Shown here piece by piece: positions 9,965 through 19,851 of a DNA stretch of 64,000 nucleotides. The DNA comes from Sedimentisphaerales bacterium. Lineage in GTDB: Bacteria; Planctomycetota; Phycisphaerae; Sedimentisphaerales; Anaerobacaceae. Position 1 is the first letter of the stretch; every line of letters begins with the position of its first letter. Below the pieces are notes generated by a model that did no database searches, was not told the origin of the DNA, and worked only from the letters and a program-made list of their open reading frames with translations. The stretch spans positions 448,001 to 512,000 of the forward strand of contig JAXGYC010000008.1 in the NCBI GenBank assembly GCA_040772485.1, written 5' to 3'. Position numbers and translations under genes: made by a program.

Positions 9965-10215
9965 CTGGTCCGCACGACAACATTCCGGGATCGCTCAGGA
10001 GTGTCTCGTCTGACCGACCAGACCGGATACAGCCTCACAAGCTCCGCCTCGGTTGTACGCCGCACGCGATTCGCAGGAAGAGGCGGAACAGACCAGAACC
10101 GACCAACGAACTGATTCTATTCGATCTGCCTCCTCATGTCAAGCGCCGCCCACGCCGGGTTCGTCCGCCGGGGGCGCCCTGGCGCCCGGTGACGGGAATC
10201 GGTCGATTGTCGGGG

Positions 10216-11550
10216 CTATTTCCCAATGCAGTACAGGTGTTTTCGCCCGCGAAGGAAGAGCCGGCCTCCCGACGTGGCCGGAGAGGCGCAGAAGGTCTCG
10301 TCGAGCTTGTTGACCGCGAGGATTTCGAATTGCGGCCCCTGTCTAACGACGTAGCATTCGCCGTCTTCGGTCTGGATGTAGATCCTGCCATCGGCCGCCA
10401 CTGGCGATGCGGTGATCGTATTTCGGCTGCCGAGGGACTGCCGCTCGTACACGACCTGGCCGGTCATGGCCTCATAGCAGGTCAGCGTTCCCCGGTCGAG
10501 CGGCACATAAAGGTAACGGTCGATGGCAATGGGGCTGGTCACGTACGGACCACCCATGGAATGCCACCAGGCAACACCCTCCGTGTGAGGCTGGTTCTTG
10601 GCCGGCGTGATATCGCCGGAGGCCCCCGCACGAACGGCGATGATCGGCTGCGGCCGCAGCAGGTTGTGCCCGGATGAAAGGAACACCAGCCCCTGCGCGG
10701 CGACCGGCGAGGGAACCGAGATCATCGATCCGCCGGCACACTCCCACAGCAGCTTTCCGGTGACAGCGTCATAGCCTCGCATGCGATGCGTCGCGTTGGT
10801 TACAACGGTTGTCCGACCGCCCGCTTCGAACAGAAACGGCGTCCCCCACGAGGCGCCCTCCTCCCGCGCCGTGCGCCAAACCGGATTGCCCGTGGCTTTG
10901 TCGAACGCCGTGATGCACGACTCGTCATCGTTGTCGCCCGCAAGGATCACCATGTTCTGAAACAGGATCGGCGAAGCGCCGGTTCCCCAACCTCGCTTGC
11001 CGCGCAGGAGCCCGAGATCGCGCTTCCAGGTCACGTGGCCTTCGAAGTCGAGGCAGTACAGACCCGCCGAACCGAACGAAGCAAACACGCCTGTACCGTC
11101 CGTAACGGGCGTTTCGGAGGCATAGGTGTTCTTCGTGTGGCGTCGCGTCTTGGGCCGCTGCTGCACAACGGTCGTCGACCACAGGATTGGTCCTCCGTCG
11201 GCGTCGAGACAGAGGACGCGGTAGGCGTATTCCGACTCGTCGGGCTTGGCGCGGTTGCCCCCCATGTACACGCCGCCGCGAAACGTTTCGACGTTGGGGT
11301 CCTGGGCGACAGCCGTAGTCACGAAGATGTGGCTGCCCCATACGATCGGCGAGGAGTGGCCGGCGCCGGGAATGGGGGTTTTCCATTTGACGCCTTCGGA
11401 CTCGCTCCATGTCAGAGGCAGGTCCGCGTCGGACGAGAGGCCGCTGCCGTCGCCGCGCCAGCCCGGCCAATTGCCCGCCGCGCCGGCGGTAGCCAGTAGC
11501 GTGACGCACCAGCCCACGACGAAACGTTTTCGTATGTGTCCAGTGCCCAT
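10216..11550 (-). CDS. PQQ-binding-like beta-propeller (BamB-like) secreted protein
   Basis: NWPGWRG, GHSSPIVWG, YASETPVTDG, GASPIL, AFDKATG..VW; GGAGG RBS before ATG 11550. Confidence 0.9.
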   Translation of the reverse strand: MGTGHIRKRFVVGWCVTLLATAGAAGNWPGWRGDGSGLSSDADLPLTWSESEGVKWKTPIPGAGHSSPIVWGSHIFVTTAVAQDPNVETFRGGVYMGGNRAKPDESEYAYRVLCLDADGGPILWSTTVVQQRPKTRRHTKNTYASETPVTDGTGVFASFGSAGLYCLDFEGHVTWKRDLGLLRGKRGWGTGASPILFQNMVILAGDNDDESCITAFDKATGNPVWRTAREEGASWGTPFLFEAGGRTTVVTNATHRMRGYDAVTGKLLWECAGGSMISVPSPVAAQGLVFLSSGHNLLRPQPIIAVRAGASGDITPAKNQPHTEGVAWWHSMGGPYVTSPIAIDRYLYVPLDRGTLTCYEAMTGQVVYERQSLGSRNTITASPVAADGRIYIQTEDGECYVVRQGPQFEILAVNKLDETFCASPATSGGRLFLRGRKHLYCIGK

Positions 11551-12130
11551 TTCAGGTCCTCCGATCATTCACTCCGGGAAGCCGGAAAACCACGGATCAC
11601 GATTCCATGCCCTATTACACCCCCGACGCCCGCGTCTGTATATGGCGAAAGTCGTCTGGATGGCCAGCCAGACAACGTTCCACGTAGTAGTTGTCCTTTT
11701 CCATTTCCATCGTCGATACCCCAAGAGACCGAAGTCCGATCCACACTTTCACCATATAGTGAGGCTCATCTCCGCCTTGCGACACGAAAAGACGCGAAAC
11801 AGCCCCCCACCCAGGAAAAAAATAAAAATCAAGTGAAATGCTCATTGATCTCAGACGTCAAGTAGGTAGGAATCGGAAGGAAAGGCGTGTGGAGAAATCG
11901 GCCGGCATCACGGCGGCTCACCAGCGAGATCGGCACCGGCGCGGGATTCGGACAGCCGTCTGAGACGCGGAGCGGATCTTCAAACGCGGAGTATGTCTAT
12001 CAACGGGCAATTGCCGGAAACGGCAGCTGCCGGACATCGTGAGAGGGACCGACGTCTATGTCGTGGCACGATGGCGCAATTTGTCTAAACACATCGACCA
12101 ATAGCCGGCCGAACATCTCCGATCTCCAAT

Positions 12131-12191
12131 TTCGGATTGTGGATTCGCCAACGCAACGCGATCCGCAATCCGCAATCTCCAGTCCGCAATC
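12131..12191. repeat. Heptamer-type (ATCCGCA) short repeats in inverted arrangement
   Basis: TTCGGATTGTGGATTCG...CGATCCGCAATCCGCAATCTCCAGTCCGCAATC. Confidence 0.55.
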
Positions 12192-12419
12192 CTGCGACTG
12201 CCCGGGCCCGTCGGCACAAACCACCGTCTCCTGCGACCGCAGAGGAATGACAACCTCACGCCGGATTCGTGGCCCGCCGCAATCGTCGCGCGGCGGTATT
12301 CACCTCTGTTGACTGAATCCCTATGGACTTGAAACTGCGTCGGGACGGTATGGCTCGGACCCGCGGAGGAGTTCGCGCCTGTGAGTTCTGCGCGGAGTGT
12401 GCGAAAGGAGCAACGAAAC

Positions 12420-13814
12420 ATGGTGACACCAAGAAGGAACCTTCCGATGACGGTCTTTCTCGCGGCGATGATCGTCGTCTGTATGACGGGACGGTATTCG
12501 GCGATGGCACAGGACGATCCCAACGAACCCCCTTTCCTGTTCGTGAGTGCAGGCGGTCCCTACCAGGGCACCGTGGGCGTCCCGATCGAGTTCAACGCGA
12601 GCACCTCCTACCTCTCGGATGGCAGCACGATCGAGGGCTACTACTGGGACTGGGACATGGACAAGAACTACGAATGCGTCACGCTGCCGATCTGCACCCA
12701 CACCTGGCACAGCGCGTTCCAGGGCGAAGTGTGGCTGCACGTATGGGGGCCGGGCGACACCATCATCTGGGACAAGGCGAGCGTCACCGTCACGGGCCCG
12801 GAGACCATCCTCACCTTCACGCTGAGATCGACGTCGACGGACCTGCACGTGTATGATCCGAGCAAACGGCACGTGGGAATGAACTACGCCTCCGGAACGG
12901 TGGATCGGAGAATCCCGGGCTCGTCTTATGCGCGGACGGCCGTCCTCGCGGGGCAGAGCGATCCGGACTCGACGCAAACGGTCGCGCTGCCCCTCTACGC
13001 GGCGGGCGACTACAAGGTCAAACTCGTGGGCGCGGCCGACGACTCCTTCCAGTTGGACATTGCTGCGGTTCGCGACGGGCAGACCGTCGTCGAACAGATC
13101 TACGCAGGCGAAGTCTGCCGGGGCGAGAGCGTTGCCCTGAACGTCTGTGCGGGTTGTCCCAACGGCCAGATGGAGATGATGTGCGGCGAGCTGACGTGCT
13201 GTCCGGGCCTGGCGATCGCACCCGACGAGGTCACGCTGACCGTGGAGCCGGACGCGGCGTATGATGTCACCCTCCAGATCTGCGAGACGTACGGGAAGAT
13301 CCCGCTGGAATCGGTTACGCTGCAATGCGGCCACATCACCGGACCGGGCAACCTGATCGCCAGTTCAAATGTCTCGTTCGATTGCAGCGGCTTCCGGGTC
13401 GAGCCCGGCGGCCAGCAGGAGGTCCATGTACGCATCGCCACACCGAAGGCTTTCCAGGGCAAGGCCACCGGCTCCATCTCCGTGACGTGCTCGGCCGGCA
13501 TCAGCACAACCGTGCCCGTGACACTCAGGACACCGGGGGCCTGCGTGCCGGTCACCGTCCAGATCGGGCCCTACACGGGCACCGTCGGAACCCCCATCAC
13601 GTTCGATGCCAGCGAGTGCCACGACCCGGACGGGTACATCGATCAGTACGCGTGGGACTGGGACAACGACGGACATATCGACGAATACACGATGATGCCC
13701 ACCATCAGGCACACCTGGGACAGCGAGTTCTCGGGAACGGTGATTTGCCTCGTAATCGACAACGATGGATTCATCAACAGCATGAAGGTGGAGGTCACTG
13801 TAACCGCCCCGTAG
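12420..13814 (+). CDS. Secreted Cys-rich protein with N- and C-terminal PKD domains
   Basis: AAGGAG RBS; signal peptide; two GPY.GTVG.PI.F.AS..DG.I..Y.WDWD.D..HTW.S.F.G repeats. Confidence 0.8.
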   Translation: MVTPRRNLPMTVFLAAMIVVCMTGRYSAMAQDDPNEPPFLFVSAGGPYQGTVGVPIEFNASTSYLSDGSTIEGYYWDWDMDKNYECVTLPICTHTWHSAFQGEVWLHVWGPGDTIIWDKASVTVTGPETILTFTLRSTSTDLHVYDPSKRHVGMNYASGTVDRRIPGSSYARTAVLAGQSDPDSTQTVALPLYAAGDYKVKLVGAADDSFQLDIAAVRDGQTVVEQIYAGEVCRGESVALNVCAGCPNGQMEMMCGELTCCPGLAIAPDEVTLTVEPDAAYDVTLQICETYGKIPLESVTLQCGHITGPGNLIASSNVSFDCSGFRVEPGGQQEVHVRIATPKAFQGKATGSISVTCSAGISTTVPVTLRTPGACVPVTVQIGPYTGTVGTPITFDASECHDPDGYIDQYAWDWDNDGHIDEYTMMPTIRHTWDSEFSGTVICLVIDNDGFINSMKVEVTVTAP

Positions 13815-13826
13815 GGGCCAACGCAA

Positions 13827-13864
13827 AGGGGCCGGTCCCGACAACCATCGGGACCCGGCCCCTG
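13827..13864. terminator. Hairpin between convergent genes (probable terminator)
   Basis: AGGGGCCGGTCCCGA-CAACCA-TCGGGACCCGGCCCCT. Confidence 0.65.
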
Positions 13865-13887
13865 TCTTCTCGAATCGCGCCCGGCGC

Positions 13888-15222
13888 CTATCGGAACAGC
13901 TCTTCTGGTGCAATGGCCTTGACGCTCAGGTCGGCATAGATCACGCGATGCATCGACGAGCCCTCCGGACAGTACCAGAAGATCGGCGTCTGCGGGTCGC
14001 CAAAGACAACGTTCTGCCCCGCATAGCGCCACGTGCCGGCCGGCAGCTTGCTCATGAACACCATCCCGTTGTACATGACCTGCAACTGATTGGTCTCGTA
14101 TCCTGGGGCGGTCTGACCGACAAATTTGCCTTCGCTCGCCATCCGCATGGTCACCGTTGCGATTTCTGGACCACTGACCGTTGGCGGAAACGTGTGGTCG
14201 ACCGTCCACTTCGACCAGAGACGCAGGAACTCGATGAGGTCTGCCTCGCCCGTCCCGGTAACATCGGCCTGGAGCACATCCCCGAAGAGTGTGTAACCGG
14301 CCGGAGGATCGAGGCTGAAGAGCGAATCATCCAGTTGGATATCGACCTGGAAGTCACTGAGGACCATGTCCATCCCAGGGGCGCTGGCGAAGGACATCTC
14401 CACGCGAGCTAGATCGCCCGTCTTCGGATCGATCCACACCTCGGTCGTCACGTCGCCTTGGTGGACACGATATCCTTCCAGATGGCGCGCGTCGATCTGC
14501 CGGCGGCCCAGCGCCTCGTCCGCCTGGCCCGGGAGGGCGCGCAACTTCTCCACGGAGAGGTACGGTCCCATGTCCTGCTTATCGGGCAGGTTGGAAAACT
14601 CGAACCGGGCGTACTGCTTCACGCCAGGGATGCAGGTGATTCCCTTGACGCCGTCTTCGAGTGTGTGAACGACCGTCACGTATCCGTCTGCGGTGGTCGT
14701 TCTCGCATAGCCGGGCTCCTTGAAGGCGATTTGCGTTCGGACCGTCGGCATGCTTTCCACACCGGTCTTGTTGACGACGCTAAAGGTCAGGGTTCGGGCG
14801 TTGCGCAGCGAGTCTACGACCTGGGCGTAGGCGCTGGTTGCGCCGGCGCCGGTGAACGTGTACAAAGCGAGGGCCAAGCCCACGACGATCAGGGCCGCGA
14901 CAGCAACTTTCGTAACTCCACTTCTCATGGCGATTCTCCATATTCTCGCGCCGCCGGAGTCGAGTCCGAGGCGCGGTCGTTCCATTCGTTCCTGGGTCGC
15001 GGCCGACAGGACTCTGCGCCCCGCCGACTCGCACGCTTGCCGATCTACCGATTGCTCGCCCAGACAGGCGATGCGCGCCAGCAGTCGTTCCTGCTGCTCC
15101 AGATCCTGCCGACACCGAGAGCATTCCGCTACATGGCGGCGCACCTGCGAAGCCTGCGTCGGGTCCAGCTCGCCCAACGCGAACGCCGGAAGAAGTCTGT
15201 TGATTTGTCTGTGGCGATTCAT
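13888..15222 (-). CDS. Anti-sigma factor with zf-HC2 zinc finger, TM helix and LolA-like extracytoplasmic domain
   Basis: HVAECSRC (HxxxCxxC); TM VAVAALIVVGLALAL; VWIDPKTGDL..DDSLFSLDPPAGY; directly downstream of ECF2. Confidence 0.85.
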   Translation of the reverse strand: MNRHRQINRLLPAFALGELDPTQASQVRRHVAECSRCRQDLEQQERLLARIACLGEQSVDRQACESAGRRVLSAATQERMERPRLGLDSGGARIWRIAMRSGVTKVAVAALIVVGLALALYTFTGAGATSAYAQVVDSLRNARTLTFSVVNKTGVESMPTVRTQIAFKEPGYARTTTADGYVTVVHTLEDGVKGITCIPGVKQYARFEFSNLPDKQDMGPYLSVEKLRALPGQADEALGRRQIDARHLEGYRVHQGDVTTEVWIDPKTGDLARVEMSFASAPGMDMVLSDFQVDIQLDDSLFSLDPPAGYTLFGDVLQADVTGTGEADLIEFLRLWSKWTVDHTFPPTVSGPEIATVTMRMASEGKFVGQTAPGYETNQLQVMYNGMVFMSKLPAGTWRYAGQNVVFGDPQTPIFWYCPEGSSMHRVIYADLSVKAIAPEELFR

Positions 15223-15236
15223 ACACTACCTTTCAC

Positions 15237-15764
15237 TCAGCCCAGATAGGGCTTCAACTCGCGACCGAGCTTCTTCAACGCACGATGGAGATGGACGCGA
15301 ACCGTCTGGTCCGAGCAGCCGAGGATCTCGGCCACTTTCGCTGTCGACAGACCTTCCAGGCGCAGCAGCACAAACGCATCCGCCTGATGGGCCGGCAGCT
15401 TCGCCAGCGCCGCTCCCAGCTTCTGCCGGAGCTCATCGGCCTGCATGTCGCCGTCGGGCCGGCGGTCGTCCCAGTCCGGCCCCGGCGGAGCTTGCTGGTG
15501 GTACCCGTTGGCCCGCCGCGCAACCTCCAGAGCCTTTCGCACCGTCGCCCGGTACAGATACGCGGGCCAGCAGGTCTGTCCGTTGTAGCTGGGCCAGCGA
15601 CGCCAGATGGATAAGAACACCTCCTGGTGGACATCGTTGGCCAGATTCACATCACCCAGCACGCGCAGAGCCGTGTTGAGGACCTGCCGGCCGTACTCAT
15701 GGACCAGATTCTCGAAGTTCCTGTCGGACAAAGCCGTACTGCCCTGCAAAACGATCGTTTCCAA
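15237..15764 (-). CDS. ECF RNA polymerase sigma-70 factor (ECF2)
   Basis: ANDVHQEVFLSIW..YLYRATVRKAL and AFVLLRLEGLSTAKVAEILGCSDQTVRVHLHRA; TTG 15764 with GGAGG RBS. Confidence 0.92.
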   Translation of the reverse strand: METIVLQGSTALSDRNFENLVHEYGRQVLNTALRVLGDVNLANDVHQEVFLSIWRRWPSYNGQTCWPAYLYRATVRKALEVARRANGYHQQAPPGPDWDDRRPDGDMQADELRQKLGAALAKLPAHQADAFVLLRLEGLSTAKVAEILGCSDQTVRVHLHRALKKLGRELKPYLG

Positions 15765-15867
15765 GCCGTGACCTCCCGACGACACCAGCGAAATCGGGGT
15801 CGAGATCTCTACCCCTATAGAGCCGTCGTGGTGTCCAGGCGTTTACAGGAAAACCAATGGTGATTCT

Positions 15868-15955
15868 AAGCAAAAAGCAAGAACCAAAACAGTGGCATCG
15901 GCCTGCGGCGGATGACTTCCTCATTTTTGCACTTTGCGGTTTGATCTTTGCTTTG
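15868..15955. repeat. 88-bp intergenic repeat, copy 1
   Basis: About 75/88 identical, ungapped, to 23237-23324. Confidence 0.85.
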
Positions 15956-16057
15956 GTCCTGCCGCAATTGTGCTTCTTGACAGAGCCGCTCTGGCGTATA
16001 CTACGGCAGTATGGCGTTTCGGCCTGCGGCGGAGACGGGGCAGAGCGTAGGGGGCAG

Positions 16058-19000
16058 ATGGAAGTGGACACAGAAGACCACGCGATGACCGAGGATTCGA
16101 AACAGGAGGCCGCCGCCGGCCGGCTCGGCCGTCGCCGCAAACAGCATTCGCCACCGGCGGTCGCGCCGCTGCGACCCGTTTCGACCTCACGTGCCCTGCC
16201 GCCCTGTGACGTCGATCGCGCGCCCGTCGAGACGATGGCCGAGGAATTGCAGCAGCGTGTACAGGCACAAACCGTCGAGCTCCAGCGCGCCGATGAAGAA
16301 CTCAAGAAGGCCGCGGCCGAACACCAGAAGGCGCAGGAAGCCCTGCGGGCGACGGCGCTGTTCCCCGACCAGAACCCTTCGCCGGTGCTCCGCGTTTCAC
16401 GCGACGGCATCCTATTGTTCGCCAACGCCGCCAGCAAGCGCTTGCTGCGATTTTGGCACTGCAACGCGGGCCGCGTGGTGCCCGATGACATCCGGAAGAA
16501 GGTTGAGCAGGCCCTGGAAGATGGTCGGGTCTGTGAGATGGAAGTGACATGCGCGCGCACGACCTATGCCTTTTCCGTGGCGCCCATCGTCTCGGAAGGA
16601 TGCGCGAACCTGTACGGCTACGACATCACGGGCCGCAAGGCCGCCGAAGAGGCCGCCCGGTGGAGCGCCCGTCGAGACGAGCTGCTTTCGAACACTGCGG
16701 CACATCTCCTTCAGAGCGGCGATCCCCAGAGGCTCGTCGAGGATCTCTGTCGGCAGATCATGGACTTCCTCGACTGTCACACCTTCTTCAACTTCCTCGT
16801 CGATGAGCAGGCCGGGAGACTGCGCTTGAACGCCTGCGCAGGAATCCCCAAGGAACAGGCGCGCCGGATCACGTGGCTCGACTACGGCGCCGCCGTCTGC
16901 GGTTGCGCGGCGCGCGACCGCACACGGGTCGTGGTCGAGGACGTCCTGAACACCGCGGACTCCCGCACGGAACTGATCAAGTCGTACGGCATCCAAGCCT
17001 ATTGCTGCCATCCCCTCCTGGTCCAGGACCGTCTCATCGGAACCCTGTCGTTCGGCACTCGCTCGCGGACCCGGTTCCGGCCCGAACACATCGCCGTGAT
17101 GAAGGAGGTCTCCGATCTTGTGGCGGTCGCCATGCAGCGCATCGAGACGGAAACAGCGCTGCGCCGAAGCCAGGAGGACCTGGATCGCGCCCAGATGGTC
17201 GGACAGATCGGCAGTTGGCGGATGGACGTGCAGCGGAACGTTCTGTCGTGGTCCGACGAGAGCTACCGTATCTTCGGCGTGCCACAGGGCACCTCCGTGA
17301 CCTATGAGACGTTTCTGGCGGCCGTCCATCCCGACGACCGTTCGCACATTGACAGGAAATGGCAACTCGCGCTGCGAGGAGAGCCTTACGACGTCGAGCA
17401 CCGCATTGTGGTCGGCGGACAGGTTAAATGGGTACGCGAGAGGGCTTCTCTGGAGTGTGATGAGGAAGACGAGGTGCTGGGCGGCTTCGGGATCGTTCAG
17501 GACATCACCGAGCGCAAACGAACCGAGCAGACTCTGCAAGAGAGCGCGCAGCGGCTGCGCCTGGCCCTTGAAGGCGGGCGGATGGGCTTGTGGGAATGGG
17601 ACGTTCAGAACGAGTGCGGCTTCTGGGACGAACGCGTATATGAACTGACCGGCGCCGATCCGCGGACCCCGCCTTCGGCCACGGCCTTCTTCGACTACGT
17701 ACATCCGGCGGATCGGGACAGACTACAGGTGCAGATGCAGGACATCCTGACGACGGCCGGTGACTTCCAGACCGAGTTTCGCATCGTTCGTCCGGACCAG
17801 AAGATCGCCTGGCTCACGTCGCGGGGCAGGGTTCTTCGCGACGAGCAGAATCGGGGCGTTCGCATGCTCGGCGTACTGTACGACGTGACACAGCGGAAGG
17901 AGATGGAGGCGGAGCTGCGTCGCCTGAACGACCAGTTGGCCGAAGAGGTCCGCGCCCAGACCGAGGAGTTGGGCAATACGGTGAGCCGGCTTGAGGGGGA
18001 GGTGGCGCGGCGCCGGCTGGCGGAGAAAAGCCTTCGCGAACGGTCGCAACTGCTGGAGGGCTTCTTCCGGCACACCATCACGCCGCTGGCGTTCATGGAT
18101 CGCCAGTTCAACTTCGTCCAGGTGAACGATGCCTATGCCAAAGTGGACGACAGAGAACCTGAAGACTTCATAGGAAAGAACCATTTCGGGCTGTATCCGA
18201 ACGCAGAGAACCAGGCGATTTTCGAGCAGGTGGTTCGGACGAAACGACCGTACCATGCCCTCGCCAAACCGTTCGTCTATCCGGAGCACCGGGAACGCGG
18301 GGTCAGCTACTGGAATTGGCAACTGACCCCTCTTCTGGACGACGCCGGCGAAGTCTGGTTCCTCGTGCTGAACTTGCAGGATGTGACGGCCCGCCAGGAA
18401 ACGATGCAGGAGCTGGAGAAACGAACGTCCCAGCTCCAGAGGCTGACGGCCGAACTGTCGGAGGCCGAGGATCGAGAGCGCCGGCGCCTGGCCGAGCTGC
18501 TCCACGATGACCTTCAGCAACTGCTGGTCGGGTCCAAACTGCGTCTCAATATCCTCGCCAGGAGGCTCAAAGGTACGCCGGAACTCCGCGAAATCGTGGA
18601 TGAGACCACCGGCCTGATCGCGGAGTCCATCCACAAATCCCGAGGCTTGTCGCACGAGCTCAGTCCGCCTGTCCTTCATCACGGAGACCTTCGCGAAGTG
18701 CTCCAATGGCTCATCGAGCAGATTCACACGACGTGCGGGCTGAGGGTGCGACTGAAGATCGGCGCCGGCGTGGACCTCCCTTCCCTGACGCTCAAGACAT
18801 TCCTTTACAAGGCCGCACGCGAACTGCTCTTCAACGTCGTCAAGCACGCCAATGTCAAACAGGCCGCCATCGTGGTTCAGCAGCGAAATCGAGTCCTCTT
18901 CGTGACCGTGTCGGACAAAGGACGTGGATTCGAGGCGGAGCATCTGGACGTAGCCGGTCAGAACGGGTTCGGTCTTTTCAACATTCGCGAGCGCGTCCAG

Positions 19001-19537
19001 TTCCTCGGGGGCTCGCTGACCGTCCAGAGCGTTCCCGACCGAGGCAGCCGCTTCATTCTGACCATTCCGCTGAACGTACCGGGCGAAGCTGCCGCCCAGA
19101 AGACCGGCGCGCCGATCCTTTCGATCCCGTTCCGGCCGGCCACGCAGCCGGCCAGGGACACGCCCGCCGCCAGGCGGCGCTTCCGCATCCTTCTCGTGGA
19201 CGACCACAAGGTCATGCGTGACGGACTGGCCGCCCTGCTCGAAGAAGAGCCGGACATCGAGGTGGTGGGGCAGGCCGGAAACGGACGCGACGCCATCACC
19301 CTGACGGCCCAACTCAAACCCGATGTCGTCGTCATGGACGTGGTCATGCCGATCATCGACGGAGAGGAGGCCACGCGCCAGATCCGAGCCCAGTGGCCGC
19401 ACGTGCGGGTCGTGGCGCTGTCGATGCTCGAAGAGGACACGACCCGCGAGCGCATGCTCAAGGCCGGTGCCGAGGTCTTTCTGTCCAAGGCCGGCCCCTC
19501 CGAGGTAATCGCCGCCGCCATCCGCCACTCGTCATAG
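16058..19537 (+). CDS. Hybrid sensor histidine kinase/response regulator (PAS-GAF-PAS-PAS-PAS-HisKA_3-HATPase-REC)
   Basis: ERRRLAELLHDDLQQ H-box, NVVKHA, DKGRGF, GFGL, C-terminal ILLVDDH..DVVVMDVVMP; the ORF extension to 15857 runs through a repeat, so start 16058 or 16085. Confidence 0.92.
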   Translation: MEVDTEDHAMTEDSKQEAAAGRLGRRRKQHSPPAVAPLRPVSTSRALPPCDVDRAPVETMAEELQQRVQAQTVELQRADEELKKAAAEHQKAQEALRATALFPDQNPSPVLRVSRDGILLFANAASKRLLRFWHCNAGRVVPDDIRKKVEQALEDGRVCEMEVTCARTTYAFSVAPIVSEGCANLYGYDITGRKAAEEAARWSARRDELLSNTAAHLLQSGDPQRLVEDLCRQIMDFLDCHTFFNFLVDEQAGRLRLNACAGIPKEQARRITWLDYGAAVCGCAARDRTRVVVEDVLNTADSRTELIKSYGIQAYCCHPLLVQDRLIGTLSFGTRSRTRFRPEHIAVMKEVSDLVAVAMQRIETETALRRSQEDLDRAQMVGQIGSWRMDVQRNVLSWSDESYRIFGVPQGTSVTYETFLAAVHPDDRSHIDRKWQLALRGEPYDVEHRIVVGGQVKWVRERASLECDEEDEVLGGFGIVQDITERKRTEQTLQESAQRLRLALEGGRMGLWEWDVQNECGFWDERVYELTGADPRTPPSATAFFDYVHPADRDRLQVQMQDILTTAGDFQTEFRIVRPDQKIAWLTSRGRVLRDEQNRGVRMLGVLYDVTQRKEMEAELRRLNDQLAEEVRAQTEELGNTVSRLEGEVARRRLAEKSLRERSQLLEGFFRHTITPLAFMDRQFNFVQVNDAYAKVDDREPEDFIGKNHFGLYPNAENQAIFEQVVRTKRPYHALAKPFVYPEHRERGVSYWNWQLTPLLDDAGEVWFLVLNLQDVTARQETMQELEKRTSQLQRLTAELSEAEDRERRRLAELLHDDLQQLLVGSKLRLNILARRLKGTPELREIVDETTGLIAESIHKSRGLSHELSPPVLHHGDLREVLQWLIEQIHTTCGLRVRLKIGAGVDLPSLTLKTFLYKAARELLFNVVKHANVKQAAIVVQQRNRVLFVTVSDKGRGFEAEHLDVAGQNGFGLFNIRERVQFLGGSLTVQSVPDRGSRFILTIPLNVPGEAAAQKTGAPILSIPFRPATQPARDTPAARRRFRILLVDDHKVMRDGLAALLEEEPDIEVVGQAGNGRDAITLTAQLKPDVVVMDVVMPIIDGEEATRQIRAQWPHVRVVALSMLEEDTTRERMLKAGAEVFLSKAGPSEVIAAAIRHSS

Positions 19538-19616
19538 CGACCCGCTCGATCCGTCGCCGGCGGATTCGACTGCGCCGCCTTCTCTCGTGAGGCGTCTGTG
19601 AAAATATCCTGGCAGC

Positions 19617-19713
19617 CGTGTGGCAGCGGCAAGCGCAGGCTTGCCGATGGTGATACGCGTGCCGTCGAAGCCATCGGCAGACTCCGCCTTGCTCCGTTTG
19701 CCGCTGCCACACG
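19617..19713. repeat. Long nested inverted repeat (REP-like doublet)
   Basis: CGTGTGGCAGCGGCAA / TTGCCGCTGCCACACG perfect 16-bp IR with inner TGCCGATGG / CCATCGGCA stem. Confidence 0.8.
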
Positions 19714-19763
19714 TGGCGCTGCGTGGTGGAAAACGGGCCTTGCCGCGAAATTCGCACAGACAC
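19703..19763. repeat. ~60 bp intergenic repeat, copy 2
   Basis: Matches 1358-1416. Confidence 0.7.
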
Positions 19764-19790
19764 CTCGTGACGCAATGAGGAAGCTTTTCT

Positions 19791-19819
19791 TTGACGGGGA
19801 ATGGTTCCGTCGGTACACT
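19791..19819 (+). promoter_or_regulatory. Sigma70-type promoter
   Basis: TTGACG-17 bp-TACACT, 32 bp upstream of ATG 19852. Confidence 0.7.
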
Positions 19820-19851
19820 CTGCGGGACATGGTTTTGGCACAGAGGGGAAC

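Noticed and set aside
12001..12070. Possible c-di-GMP-I riboswitch (GGGCAA..GAAA hairpin)
   Set aside because: Lacks the following GACGCAAAG and second-stem consensus
15977..16002. TTGACA..TATACT promoter for the kinase
   Set aside because: The spacer is only 14 bp, so the boxes cannot be confidently paired
15857..16057. N-terminal hydrophobic extension of the hybrid kinase (DDFLIFALCGLIFAL)
   Set aside because: It is the translation of the 88-bp intergenic repeat; nearly the same peptide appears in spurious ORF 22089-23489
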